Part shown: one piece after another, positions 37,775-47,322 of the stretch
Position numbering within the stretch: position 1 is the stretch's first letter
Layout of the letters: each line of letters begins with the position of its first letter
NCBI GenBank assembly: GCA_016839815.1
Contig: JAEOTM010000076.1
Location: forward strand, 7,247-71,246
Origin: Candidatus Hodarchaeota archaeon
GTDB taxonomy: Archaea > Asgardarchaeota > Heimdallarchaeia > Hodarchaeales > Hodarchaeaceae
Reading direction: 5' to 3'
Length of the DNA stretch: 64,000 bases
Program-made: the position numbers and the translations under genes
Notes under the pieces: generated by a model
Seen by the model: only the letters and a program-made list of their open reading frames with translations
Told to the model about the DNA's origin: nothing
The model's database searches: none

Positions 37775-38862
37775 TCATTCATCCTCTGTAAAGCACTGAG
37801 TTCTTCAAATTGTTCCCTTAAATGCCAAGGTTGATCACTATACACATCGGTAAATAATGTTTCTAAGGATGGAGGAGGCAGTTTTTCTGCTTTGGTTATT
37901 AGTTCATTAATTTCAGTATCATATGAGGAACGAATTTCCTCTACTCGATTATCAGAAATTATACCTTTCTTGAGCAAATAATTTTCAAAACGCTTAATAG
38001 GATCTAATTTCTGCCAAGTTGCGAGTTCTTTCTTTGGTCTATAACGTGTTGGGTCATCCGATGAAGTATGCGGTCCTGCGCGATATGTCACTGCTTCTAT
38101 GAATGTTGGCCCATTTCCCATCCTAGCTTGTTTAACGGCATCTTTCACAGCTGTATAGACAGCTAAAATATCGTTCCCATCAATTCGAATACCTGGAATA
38201 CCATAACCCAGAGCTTTATCAACTAAGGAGGAAGCACCAGTCTGTTTAGATAATGGAACTGAAATTGCCCACTGATTATTTTGACAAAAGAATATTGTTG
38301 GCGTTTTAAATACAGCACCAAAATTCATTCCCGCATGAAAATCACTTGAAGAGGTAGCTCCATCACCAAAAAAGACTATATTCACAGCTTTTTCTGATAA
38401 AAATTTGTTCGCAAATCCTGCTCCAGCAGCTTGAATAATTTGAGTCCCAATCGGTGCTGAAGGATTAACATAACGATGTTCTTTAGAACCAAAAAGTCCT
38501 GGTAATCGTCGTCCTTTTTGAGGATCCTCTTCATTCACAAACCAGTGATTGATTAGGTCAAATAGAGGTAATCCACGATAGAAGGCCATTCCAGGTTCTC
38601 GATAAGCAGGAAATATCCAATCTTCAGGATTCAATGCTGCTACTGCTCCAATTTGAGTAGCCTCCTGTCCAGTACTTGGTATGCTAAAGCTTATTCTTCC
38701 TTGACGCTGTAAACGCATACCTTTTTCATCTAAAAGACGGACTAGGATCATGTACTGTAGCATTTTTACTAATTCTTTCTCAGGAATATCGGGTTCTAGC
38801 TCAGAATTAACCTTACCCGAAGAATCCAATATTTGCATCAAATTCATGGTAATGTCCCTCAA
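37771..38862 (-). CDS. 2-oxoacid dehydrogenase E1 component, alpha subunit (TPP-binding)
   Basis: TPP motif FFGDGATSSSDFHAGMNFGAV...N, YRAGPHTSSDDPTRYR. 4-nt overlap with the E1beta start. Confidence 0.9.
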   Translation of the reverse strand: MRDITMNLMQILDSSGKVNSELEPDIPEKELVKMLQYMILVRLLDEKGMRLQRQGRISFSIPSTGQEATQIGAVAALNPEDWIFPAYREPGMAFYRGLPLFDLINHWFVNEEDPQKGRRLPGLFGSKEHRYVNPSAPIGTQIIQAAGAGFANKFLSEKAVNIVFFGDGATSSSDFHAGMNFGAVFKTPTIFFCQNNQWAISVPLSKQTGASSLVDKALGYGIPGIRIDGNDILAVYTAVKDAVKQARMGNGPTFIEAVTYRAGPHTSSDDPTRYRPKKELATWQKLDPIKRFENYLLKKGIISDNRVEEIRSSYDTEINELITKAEKLPPPSLETLFTDVYSDQPWHLREQFEELSALQRMND

Positions 38863-39050
38863 GAGGTCTGGATTATCAAATGTTAATAATTCTTCATTGG
38901 GGTTTTTCGTAAAAAATAGGCATCATATAACGAGTTTTTCTTTTTCGTAATTAAAAGATCTTAAACAAATGCTTAAACAATCCAAATTAAGGAATAGGAA
39001 TTTAAACCCTTAATGATTACTAGTGAATCACTTCTCTACTAATTGGTGTA

Positions 39051-39242
39051 TTGATTTTGGTCCATTCAAATAAAAATAATCCCCTAAAGACTGATTTAGC
39101 TATTCTGGAACGGTTTTCAAGTGATGAGCTTTGGCTACTTTTCGTAGAAAAGAAATGTCAAGAATGTAACATACCTGAGGAAGAATGCGATAGCCTGAAG
39201 GCACAAAACTGTCGTAATGAGTGGATCAGAGGATGCGATTAA
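39051..39242 (+). CDS. possible small Cys-rich protein (63 aa)
   Basis: Only ORF in a 400-bp gap. TTG start, CQEC...C...C...C pattern, no recognisable family or clear SD. Confidence 0.2.
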   Translation: MILVHSNKNNPLKTDLAILERFSSDELWLLFVEKKCQECNIPEEECDSLKAQNCRNEWIRGCD

Positions 39243-39269
39243 AGCCCCGATGCAAAATCATCAATATAA

Positions 39270-39974
39270 TTAGCTTAAAATTTTAACAGTCCCATCCTCT
39301 TGCCCAATATAAGCCTTATCCACCATGTTGACAAACAATCCAGAGTCTACCACCCCAATCATTGATTTCAGCTTAGTACTTAGCTTTTTTGGGTCAATTA
39401 TTTTTCCAAAATTAACATCCAATATGAAATTTCCATTATCGGTTATTAAAGGACCAATTTTTGCCTTTCCTTCTCTTAATTTCACCTTTCCTCCCATTTC
39501 TTTCAATCTTTGAGTAAGGGGAATCTGGGCTTTAGCAATAATCTCGATTGGAACTCCTTTTTTCCAAGACTCACCCAGTGTCATAGAGACCTTTTTCCAA
39601 TCACCAATGATCACAAGCTTTATTGAATTATCAGCGACAATCTTTTCCTGAACTAAACATCCTCCACCTCCCTTGATCGCAGTTAAATCAAGTGTAATTT
39701 CATCTACGCCATCAATTGTTACATCAACATGAGGATGTTGGTCTAATGATCCTAGGGGAAGATGATTGTTGATAATCAATGCTTCAGCCTGATAAGAAGT
39801 AGGAATACATACAATATTCCAGTCATTCTTCTCAACCATGGCTGCTATCTCTTTAACAGCGTAAACAATTGTGGAACCACTGCCAATTCCTACTATCATT
39901 TCATCATGAACATTTTCGATAACTGCTAATTTTGCGGCCTCTTGTTTGGCACGTTCTACAGGTGAAAGAGTCAT
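39270..39974 (-). CDS. rpiA: ribose-5-phosphate isomerase A
   Basis: VGIGSGSTIVYAV, TIDGVDEI and KGGGGCLVQEKIV motifs. Confidence 0.85.
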   Translation of the reverse strand: MTLSPVERAKQEAAKLAVIENVHDEMIVGIGSGSTIVYAVKEIAAMVEKNDWNIVCIPTSYQAEALIINNHLPLGSLDQHPHVDVTIDGVDEITLDLTAIKGGGGCLVQEKIVADNSIKLVIIGDWKKVSMTLGESWKKGVPIEIIAKAQIPLTQRLKEMGGKVKLREGKAKIGPLITDNGNFILDVNFGKIIDPKKLSTKLKSMIGVVDSGLFVNMVDKAYIGQEDGTVKILS

Positions 39975-40022
39975 GTAATGTCCTCCAAAGGAGTTAAGCT
40001 CCTAACGTAATGCAATCTTAAG

Positions 40023-41789
40023 CTAGGTTTTTGATCGTTCTTCACTTTTTAAGACGCGTCTTAATACTTTTCCAATATCTGACAGTGGTAATTCAGTTCG
40101 AATCTCAACGTACCGCTCATCATGAGGTTGTTTATATTTCACTAGCTTTCTACGCGCATACTCCAAGATTTCTTCTTTAGTTAGTTCCACATTAGGTTTA
40201 GGGACAACGAATAGTTTTACTGTTTCTCCAACCGAAGGATGGGTCACACCAATGCATGCAGCATTGGAAATTTTCGGATGTTCTATCATGACTTCTTCGA
40301 TTTCGCGTGGATATGCCTTGAATCCTCCAACGTTAATTAAATCCTTCTTTCTATCTGTAATATAGAAATAATAATCAGAATCATATTTACCAATGTCACC
40401 GGTCAGGAAATAACGCTTTCCATCGATTTCTCTCATAACTTCAGCTGTTTCCTTTGGTTTCTTGTAATATCCTTTCATCACCTGAGGTCCAGAAATTGCA
40501 ATTTCTCCCTCTGTATCAATTCCTAATTTTTTTGTCCCTGTTTCAACATCAAGGACTATAGCATCAGTATCAGGGAGAGGAATACCAACAGATCCTTCCT
40601 TCTTTAATGGTTTATCTGAACCTGGAGCAGGTGCCATTGGAATGATATGAGTCACAGGTGATGTCTCAGTAAGGCCATATCCCTCTGCTAAATTAGCTCC
40701 TGATACAGCTTCGAATTCCTGCAACACTGAAACGGGAAGTGGGGCTGCTCCACTTGAACTGGTTAACAAAGAACTTAAATCATATTTTTCTAGATCTGGG
40801 TGGTTCAATAAAGCCATATACAAAGTAGGTACTGTATTGAAGAGCTGTACTTTATATTTCTCTAAAAGATGCAAAATCTGACTGAATTTGTTTTCACGTG
40901 GGTCCAGCATTAAAACCATTAATCCTGCAAAATAAATGCCTAAGTTCATCGAAGTGGTTGCCCCATAGCTGTGGAAAAATGGTAAACTACCAATTCCAAT
41001 CATTGTACCCCTTTCAGGAGGAGGTTCCATCCAAAGAGAGCATTGTACCAAATTACTAACAAGATTTCCGTGAGTTAACATGGCACCTTTAGGGGTACCT
41101 GTTGTTCCGCCGGTAAACATAATTACTGCGATTTCGTCAGGAGTATTAGTAACATTTGGACGATTTTCAGGCGAATATTCCCGGAGAATGTCTTTCATAT
41201 ATTTATCCTGTTTATCTAGCTTACTAATCTTACCTAATAATCCTCCCAACACTCCTTTAATTTTAGAAAGGTACGGTTTGACACTCGCAACTACTATAAA
41301 TTCTAATGGGGTTTTTCCTTCATCTCTTACTTCTTTGCAGATTTCATATGGGGAAGCAGCTGTTGTGATCATATCTGCACATACTATACCTTTTGCTTCA
41401 CTTTGGATAAGTTGTCCGGCAAGTTCGCTTGTGGGATACTGAAAATTTAAGCTCACTACTGTTGCTCCTACTTTTAAAATGCCATAATATGCAACAACAA
41501 ATTCAACCATATTCGGAAGAAATACTGCTACTTTATCCCCTTGTTTAATTCCTTTATCGACGAGAAACGAAGCGAACCTATCAGTTTGATCCCCTAATTC
41601 GCTATAAGTAACCTTGGCGATTTTGTCAAAACTTAATGTTTCTAGTACAAGGGCATCATTATTAGGAAAATCAGCTACTGCATCATCAAGAAACTTGAAA
41701 AGAGGAATTTCAGGATAATCCATTGTTTTTGGTACTTTTTCTGGGTACAAAGGAATTTCAGTGGGATTAACCATAATTTCGTCCACCAT
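40023..41789 (-). CDS. long-chain acyl-CoA synthetase (AMP-forming, ANL superfamily)
   Basis: AMP-binding motif MFTGGTTGTPKGAMLTHGN, EGYGLTETS, TGDIGKYD, ITDRKKDLINVGGFK. Confidence 0.85.
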   Translation of the reverse strand: MVDEIMVNPTEIPLYPEKVPKTMDYPEIPLFKFLDDAVADFPNNDALVLETLSFDKIAKVTYSELGDQTDRFASFLVDKGIKQGDKVAVFLPNMVEFVVAYYGILKVGATVVSLNFQYPTSELAGQLIQSEAKGIVCADMITTAASPYEICKEVRDEGKTPLEFIVVASVKPYLSKIKGVLGGLLGKISKLDKQDKYMKDILREYSPENRPNVTNTPDEIAVIMFTGGTTGTPKGAMLTHGNLVSNLVQCSLWMEPPPERGTMIGIGSLPFFHSYGATTSMNLGIYFAGLMVLMLDPRENKFSQILHLLEKYKVQLFNTVPTLYMALLNHPDLEKYDLSSLLTSSSGAAPLPVSVLQEFEAVSGANLAEGYGLTETSPVTHIIPMAPAPGSDKPLKKEGSVGIPLPDTDAIVLDVETGTKKLGIDTEGEIAISGPQVMKGYYKKPKETAEVMREIDGKRYFLTGDIGKYDSDYYFYITDRKKDLINVGGFKAYPREIEEVMIEHPKISNAACIGVTHPSVGETVKLFVVPKPNVELTKEEILEYARRKLVKYKQPHDERYVEIRTELPLSDIGKVLRRVLKSEERSKT

Positions 41790-42332
41790 TTTTGAGCGGA
41801 AAATGTTCTCCTCCTCCCAAACGACTATGTATTAATAAGGTTAATTACATCCTAATCATCAGTAATTTTCCCCACCCTTAGAGAAATTTCTAAAAAATTA
41901 GCTTTTACTCGTTTGAATAATTAATAAAAAAGGTACAGGAAATGGAGAAAATTTAATGCCAATTCCATTTCTCTGAAGGTTCGATCTTGGGTTCCAGTCC
42001 ATACTTTAATTCTAAAGGATGAAGTTTATCTTTATTTTGCAGTCCCTTCTTAAGATTCATTTCATCCGCCTTTTTATCAGTAGTCGGGTCCACCTTTTCT
42101 CATTCCTGGGGCTTTAATTGAATTTAATTCTCTAAAAGTCCCGTGAAATAATAGAGTTAATTTACTAATAAATGACGTTACTACCAGAGTGCTACTAATC
42201 AAATTCGGGAGAAATCGGAAACAATTATAAAGCAAGATAAGTGTAATTTCAAGTCAGGAACAAAAAACGGATTTTTCAGTTCTCCTGTGGTAAGTTCTTT
42301 TTAGTGTGTTCTAATTCTCTCTTAACTGTTGA

Positions 42333-43757
42333 ATGATAGTGTCTCCTCGAACTAAAGAAACGAAAGACCCTGCTAAGCTCGTACGATCGGGAGTTTTTGC
42401 ATTAAATAACAAAAAATGGAAAAAAGCTGTACGGAAATTCCAGGCAGCTCTAAATGATGAAGAAATGCAGAATAATGCCATTGTATGGGCCAATTATGGT
42501 ATCGCCCTCATCAATGTAAAAAACCTCCCAGAGGCTTTAAATGCGTTTTCAGTAGCAGTTCAAATTGAAAAAAAGAATGATACATTCTGGTCAAAGAAGG
42601 GACTTGTTGAATTTCAGCTGGAGCTCTATCAGGAGGCAGAAAATAGCTTTAGACAAGCAGAAAAGCTCAATAAAACGAATGACGAACTACCGATACTCAG
42701 GTCAAGGAGTTTACGGAAACAAGACCAAATAAAAAAAGCTGTCAAAGTTCTTGAATCAGGAAGGAAAAGATATCCCAATTCTGCGAAAATCCCTATTGAA
42801 TTGGCTAGGATCTGGGAGGAACAAAATGATCTCGAGAAATCGCTCTCTGTACTTAATAAGGCTCTTAATGAAACAAATCATCCTGATCCAGGGCTTTTAC
42901 TCGGTCAGTTGTGCTTAGATAAGCAGGAATATGCAAAAGCAATTAAAACCTATACAACGGTGCTAGAGCGGTTTCCCGATTCATATCACGCCCAATATGG
43001 AATTGGAGTTGCTTATCATGCTAAAAAAGATTATCACAACGCATTAGAAGCATATCGTGGTGTAATTACCAAATATAAGAATACTAAACCTCCTCAAAGC
43101 CTCTATATTAATATTTCACGTGTTCTACGAGAAATGAAACGACCAAAAGAAGCATTAGACGCGTTGTATCGGGCTAAAAAGCTGGGAAAGCCATCATTGG
43201 AAATCTTCTTACTGCTAGCCGATCTTTATATAGATACAAATCGTCCAGATAAAGCCAAACGATCTTTAGAGGATGCAGTTCTAATGGATAAGACTAATCC
43301 AGCGCTTCACTATTACCTTGGTATGACACATCTTAGCTTAAAATCATATAAAGAAGCAGAAAATTGTTTTAAACGTAGTATAAAACTTGATTCATCATTT
43401 CACGATAGTAGGATCCAATTATCCCTCCTTGCAATAAATGCAAAAAGATATAATGAAGCATACTCAATAGTGAATGAAATTTTAGCTCTAGATCCCGATA
43501 ATATAAAAGCAATGCGACTCACCGCTCAACTAGCATTTGATTTGAGAGATTTTCGTCGTACAATTGAGATTCTCAAGCCTCTTGTTCAAAAGGATCCTTC
43601 TCATACAAAAGATCTCGAGATACTATTAAATGCATGGTTAATTCTCAGTCAACCCGAAAAAGCACATACCTTTATGGTTGAGCTTTTAAATAATCATAAA
43701 GAATTACGTTCACAACTTAAACCTATTGCGTTTTTCAATCAATTTTTGGAGAAGTAG
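42333..43757 (+). CDS. TPR-repeat protein
   Basis: 474 aa with more than 10 recognisable 34-aa TPR units (for example WANYGIALINVKNLPEALNAFSVAVQIEKKN, HAQYGIGVAYHAKKDYHNALEAY). Confidence 0.75.
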   Translation: MIVSPRTKETKDPAKLVRSGVFALNNKKWKKAVRKFQAALNDEEMQNNAIVWANYGIALINVKNLPEALNAFSVAVQIEKKNDTFWSKKGLVEFQLELYQEAENSFRQAEKLNKTNDELPILRSRSLRKQDQIKKAVKVLESGRKRYPNSAKIPIELARIWEEQNDLEKSLSVLNKALNETNHPDPGLLLGQLCLDKQEYAKAIKTYTTVLERFPDSYHAQYGIGVAYHAKKDYHNALEAYRGVITKYKNTKPPQSLYINISRVLREMKRPKEALDALYRAKKLGKPSLEIFLLLADLYIDTNRPDKAKRSLEDAVLMDKTNPALHYYLGMTHLSLKSYKEAENCFKRSIKLDSSFHDSRIQLSLLAINAKRYNEAYSIVNEILALDPDNIKAMRLTAQLAFDLRDFRRTIEILKPLVQKDPSHTKDLEILLNAWLILSQPEKAHTFMVELLNNHKELRSQLKPIAFFNQFLEK

Positions 43758-43767
43758 GGAACATAAA

Positions 43768-44559
43768 GTGACCTTAAGTTTACAGGAAAAGACCCATATT
43801 TTAATGGATTGTGATGGTGTAATTTGGAAAGGGAATCAGGCAATTCCAGGAGCGAAAGAAGCATTAGAAAATCTGGAATCATTGGGCTATCAATTAGGAT
43901 TTGTAACTAATAACTCAAGCCTCTCACGTGATGGATTTTCCCAAAAATTCGATTCCTTGGGATTTCCCTCGGAAAAATACGTTATTCTTAATTCAGGTTA
44001 TGGAGCAGCTGTCTATTTACGGGATAATAAGCTCACAAAAATCTTTATGATAGGAGAGAAGGGTCTACAAGACGAATTAGAGTACCAAGATTTAACTGTC
44101 TCAGAAAACTATCATCAGGACTTACAGGCTGTTTGTATTGGATGGGATCGCAAACTAACTTGGACTAAATTGGCTGATGCGATGTGGGTGATATTGAATA
44201 ATAATAGTCAATTCGTAGGAACCAATCCAGATAATAGTTTTCCATCTGTAGATAGATTAGTTCCTGGTGCTGGTGCTGGAATTGCTGCTCTTGCAAACGC
44301 ATGTGGAAAGGATCCTGATATAATCATTGGTAAGCCTAATCCCTATTTACTAAATTTAAGCTTAAAAGAGATGAATTGTTCCGATTCCACTAGGGCAGTC
44401 TTCATTGGGGATCGTTTATCTACAGATATTCTAGCAGGGATTAATGCAAATATGGATACGATATTAGTTCAGACTGGGATTTCCGATTATCATCTGAAAA
44501 AAACAATTTTACCGACTTATACTCTCGACTCACTTGCACAGATTGATCAATTGATTTGA
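43768..44559 (+). CDS. HAD-superfamily subfamily IIA hydrolase (NagD/phosphoglycolate phosphatase-like)
   Basis: ILMDCDGVIW (DxDG), GFVTNNSS, IGKPNP, FIGDRLSTDI. I prefer GTG 43768 (GGAG upstream) over the track start 43726, which overlaps the TPR gene. Confidence 0.75.
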   Translation: MTLSLQEKTHILMDCDGVIWKGNQAIPGAKEALENLESLGYQLGFVTNNSSLSRDGFSQKFDSLGFPSEKYVILNSGYGAAVYLRDNKLTKIFMIGEKGLQDELEYQDLTVSENYHQDLQAVCIGWDRKLTWTKLADAMWVILNNNSQFVGTNPDNSFPSVDRLVPGAGAGIAALANACGKDPDIIIGKPNPYLLNLSLKEMNCSDSTRAVFIGDRLSTDILAGINANMDTILVQTGISDYHLKKTILPTYTLDSLAQIDQLI

Positions 44560-44595
44560 ATTTCCTTTACCGCTTTACTGAAGGACTGAAAATTT

Positions 44596-47322
44596 ATGCG
44601 TAGAATAGGATTTCTGCAAAAAAAAGGTCTTGTTTTGTTGTTGTTTATTGTTTTCCCACTTATAGGCAGTTTTGGGTATAATTCTAATTTAGCTGTGAGA
44701 ATAACTGCATCTACTTCTAATATTTATCAAGAGACTGATGATTTTCATCCTCAAAGAAACTACATCTCTTCTATTCCATCTGATTTAGTTTCGATCCAGT
44801 CACCAATTTCAACAGAGATATTTGATGTTAATGCTAGCTTTGAAGAAAAATTAAGCTTAATTAATCCATTAAAGGATGATACACTGACTGGGAAAGATAT
44901 CAAAATCGCAGTTTTAGATTCTGGAATAAATAATTCACTTTGGATAAGAGAAACTTCAATTATCAACCGCTCAAGAGTAGTTGCTAGTGTTTCTTTTAAC
45001 GATAGTATCGGACATGGGACACTGGTTGGAAGTATTATCTCTAAAATAGCTCCAGAGTCCAATCTATACAGCATTAAGGTTGTCGATGAATCAGGGGTAG
45101 CAACCCAAGAAAATGTTGAGAAGGGACTACTTCTCGCTCTCTCTTTGAATGTGTCAATTATTCATGCTTCACTTGGATCACAGGATATAATGGCTATTAA
45201 TTCGTCTTTAATCTCAAGCTTAATAAACAATAATATCTCTCTAATAGTATCTGGGGGAAATAACGGCCCCTTTGGTAGTAGTATTACTTCTCCAGCGATT
45301 TTCAATGAAGTGATAGCTGTAGGCATGACCTACAATCAAACATACATACCCTCCATCTCTTCTGTTGGTCCACGGCCTTCAGGTATACTAGGTCCAGATA
45401 TAGTTGCCCCAGGAGTATATATTCCTTCCTACAATAATTCAGAAACCTACCAAAATGTTTCAGGAACCTCTTTCTCTGCACCATTTGTTACTGGCTCTGT
45501 TGCGCTTTTACGTCAGGCTTTTCCAAAAATTTCTCCATTAACCATAAAAACTGCTCTTCTTTCTTCTGCAACTTTTATTGAGGGTATTTCACCTTCTCGA
45601 CAAGGTAATGGTCTCCTCAATGTAGTAGAAGCTTATAATGTTCTTGAAGAGGTAAATAAGTCTCCTTTAATTACTTTCACACCTAGAGAAATATCATCCG
45701 ATTTTTATTACTTCGGTCAATCGATAAATGGACAAAATCAGACGTATAATTTAGGTATTTATTCCTCATTGAAATGTAATTTAACAAAGATGGATAGCAG
45801 CACATTACTTCCAATCATTGCAGAAATACCACAAACTGACAGTTCCAATCTCAAAATACCCATCAATGTGGGATTCAATTCAATCAAGTTATCTCTCACC
45901 ATCCCAGAGACACTATCTATGAATGAATGGATTGGTAATATTATATTCGATTTTGAATATAATAAATCATTTATGGGTAATAAACCTCTTGAACACCTGA
46001 CTCAAAGAGAAATACCAGTTCATATCGAAAATCGCTATCCTGGAGGACGAATTCTTTTCTATCAGGGCTATGATAACGATAGTTTTATTCCCGATGGACC
46101 CACAGGTAGATTTAGCCAGTTACATTACTTTTTTGAAGATATATTTGGGATGCAAACTATAGGGGCAATCCCAGCAACTCTCGGGTTGTCCATCGCAGGT
46201 CCACTTCAAAATACTGCTTCATCACAAGGTAATATTTCCCCAGAAGACCTGGAGAACTATGATATTCTTGTCTTGGCTGACATTGAGAAAGGATTAGCAG
46301 AAGAAGACAATAAAATTATTCACGAATGGGTAAACGATGGTCATTCATTACTTGTTCTCTCATATCCTTCCTTCACTATAGGTCAGACTGAATATTTATC
46401 AAATCGGACAGCAGTAAATTTACTTTTAGAACCGTTTGACCTATCAATTGATGAAGATTCCTCTAATTTCACAATGAACCGGTTTATACAGGCCGAGCTC
46501 GCCCCTTCAAGTCCAATTGATGATATTGACGGTCTTATGTTTGACTATAATGGTACTTCTGTGAGTGTAAGCCCAGGTGGTTACGCTGAAGTACTTGCTA
46601 CTGCTACAAATGTGCTTAATGATACTGATGATATCCCAATTGCTGGTTTCTGGCACAATCCTGATACGAATGGAAAAGTAGTCGCATTCGGAAGTTTAGA
46701 TCCGTTTAGGGACAGTAACTTCTACTCACCTAATCTTAATCATAACTTTTATCTAGCCTCTCAAATCTTCCGCTGGCTGATACGAGATCAAGAACCTGCC
46801 ATGGATGTAAATCTTGCCGGAAATCCTAGTAAGGGGACATCTACTAAGATTCAAATCTCTTTTCCAGATGCTGATCCCACTGGGGATTTCAATGGAACAA
46901 TAGTTGAACCAAATGGGTCTTATACGCAAATTACTTTTAAATTCAAGGTCAATGCTTATATTGGATCATGGAAACCACTAAAGACAGGTACTGCTATTTT
47001 ATGGTTAAATCTCCATATAGAAGGATACGTTCCCTCAAATGGGTTATTTATTCTTACAGTGTACAACCCAGCTCAACAGGAAATCTTCTTGCTATTTCTC
47101 CTCTCGAGTTTTATCATTTTTGCTGTTGTATATTATTGGATTTCATCCCGTAGATCAAAACCACGGCTTACACTTCAAGAACAGTTAGCCATGCAATACA
47201 CGAAACCTAATGCACATGTAGGTACAAAATCTATGGAACCAGGTGAAATCTGTACTCGGTGTCGTACTCCCCGTCATAATGACAATTCACACTATTGCTA
47301 CAAATGTGGTAAAGAACTGTGA
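44596..47322 (+). CDS. subtilisin-like serine protease (S8) with large ectodomain, TM helix and cytoplasmic zinc-ribbon tail
   Basis: Catalytic D (IAVLDSGIN), H (GHGTLVGSII) and S (SGTSFSAPFVTGS). TM helix IFLLFLLSSFIIFAVVYYWI. C-terminal CTRCRTPRHNDNSHYCYKCG. Confidence 0.85.
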   Translation: MRRIGFLQKKGLVLLLFIVFPLIGSFGYNSNLAVRITASTSNIYQETDDFHPQRNYISSIPSDLVSIQSPISTEIFDVNASFEEKLSLINPLKDDTLTGKDIKIAVLDSGINNSLWIRETSIINRSRVVASVSFNDSIGHGTLVGSIISKIAPESNLYSIKVVDESGVATQENVEKGLLLALSLNVSIIHASLGSQDIMAINSSLISSLINNNISLIVSGGNNGPFGSSITSPAIFNEVIAVGMTYNQTYIPSISSVGPRPSGILGPDIVAPGVYIPSYNNSETYQNVSGTSFSAPFVTGSVALLRQAFPKISPLTIKTALLSSATFIEGISPSRQGNGLLNVVEAYNVLEEVNKSPLITFTPREISSDFYYFGQSINGQNQTYNLGIYSSLKCNLTKMDSSTLLPIIAEIPQTDSSNLKIPINVGFNSIKLSLTIPETLSMNEWIGNIIFDFEYNKSFMGNKPLEHLTQREIPVHIENRYPGGRILFYQGYDNDSFIPDGPTGRFSQLHYFFEDIFGMQTIGAIPATLGLSIAGPLQNTASSQGNISPEDLENYDILVLADIEKGLAEEDNKIIHEWVNDGHSLLVLSYPSFTIGQTEYLSNRTAVNLLLEPFDLSIDEDSSNFTMNRFIQAELAPSSPIDDIDGLMFDYNGTSVSVSPGGYAEVLATATNVLNDTDDIPIAGFWHNPDTNGKVVAFGSLDPFRDSNFYSPNLNHNFYLASQIFRWLIRDQEPAMDVNLAGNPSKGTSTKIQISFPDADPTGDFNGTIVEPNGSYTQITFKFKVNAYIGSWKPLKTGTAILWLNLHIEGYVPSNGLFILTVYNPAQQEIFLLFLLSSFIIFAVVYYWISSRRSKPRLTLQEQLAMQYTKPNAHVGTKSMEPGEICTRCRTPRHNDNSHYCYKCGKEL

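Noticed and set aside
41080-41442. 120-aa plus-strand ORF inside the acyl-CoA synthetase gene.
   Set aside because: It is antisense to a strongly supported CDS and has no motifs.
41978-41995. ggttcgatcttgggttcc resembles a tRNA T-arm (GGTTCGAnnCC).
   Set aside because: Flanking sequence is AT-rich. I could not build acceptor, D or anticodon stems around it, so it is not called as a tRNA.
41953-42060. 35-aa minus-strand ORF (MNLKKGLQNKDKLHPLELKYGLEPKIEPSEKWNWH) in the long intergenic region.
   Set aside because: It has only a weak SD-like GGCGGA and no other evidence. It is noted under the intergenic finding but not called as a gene.
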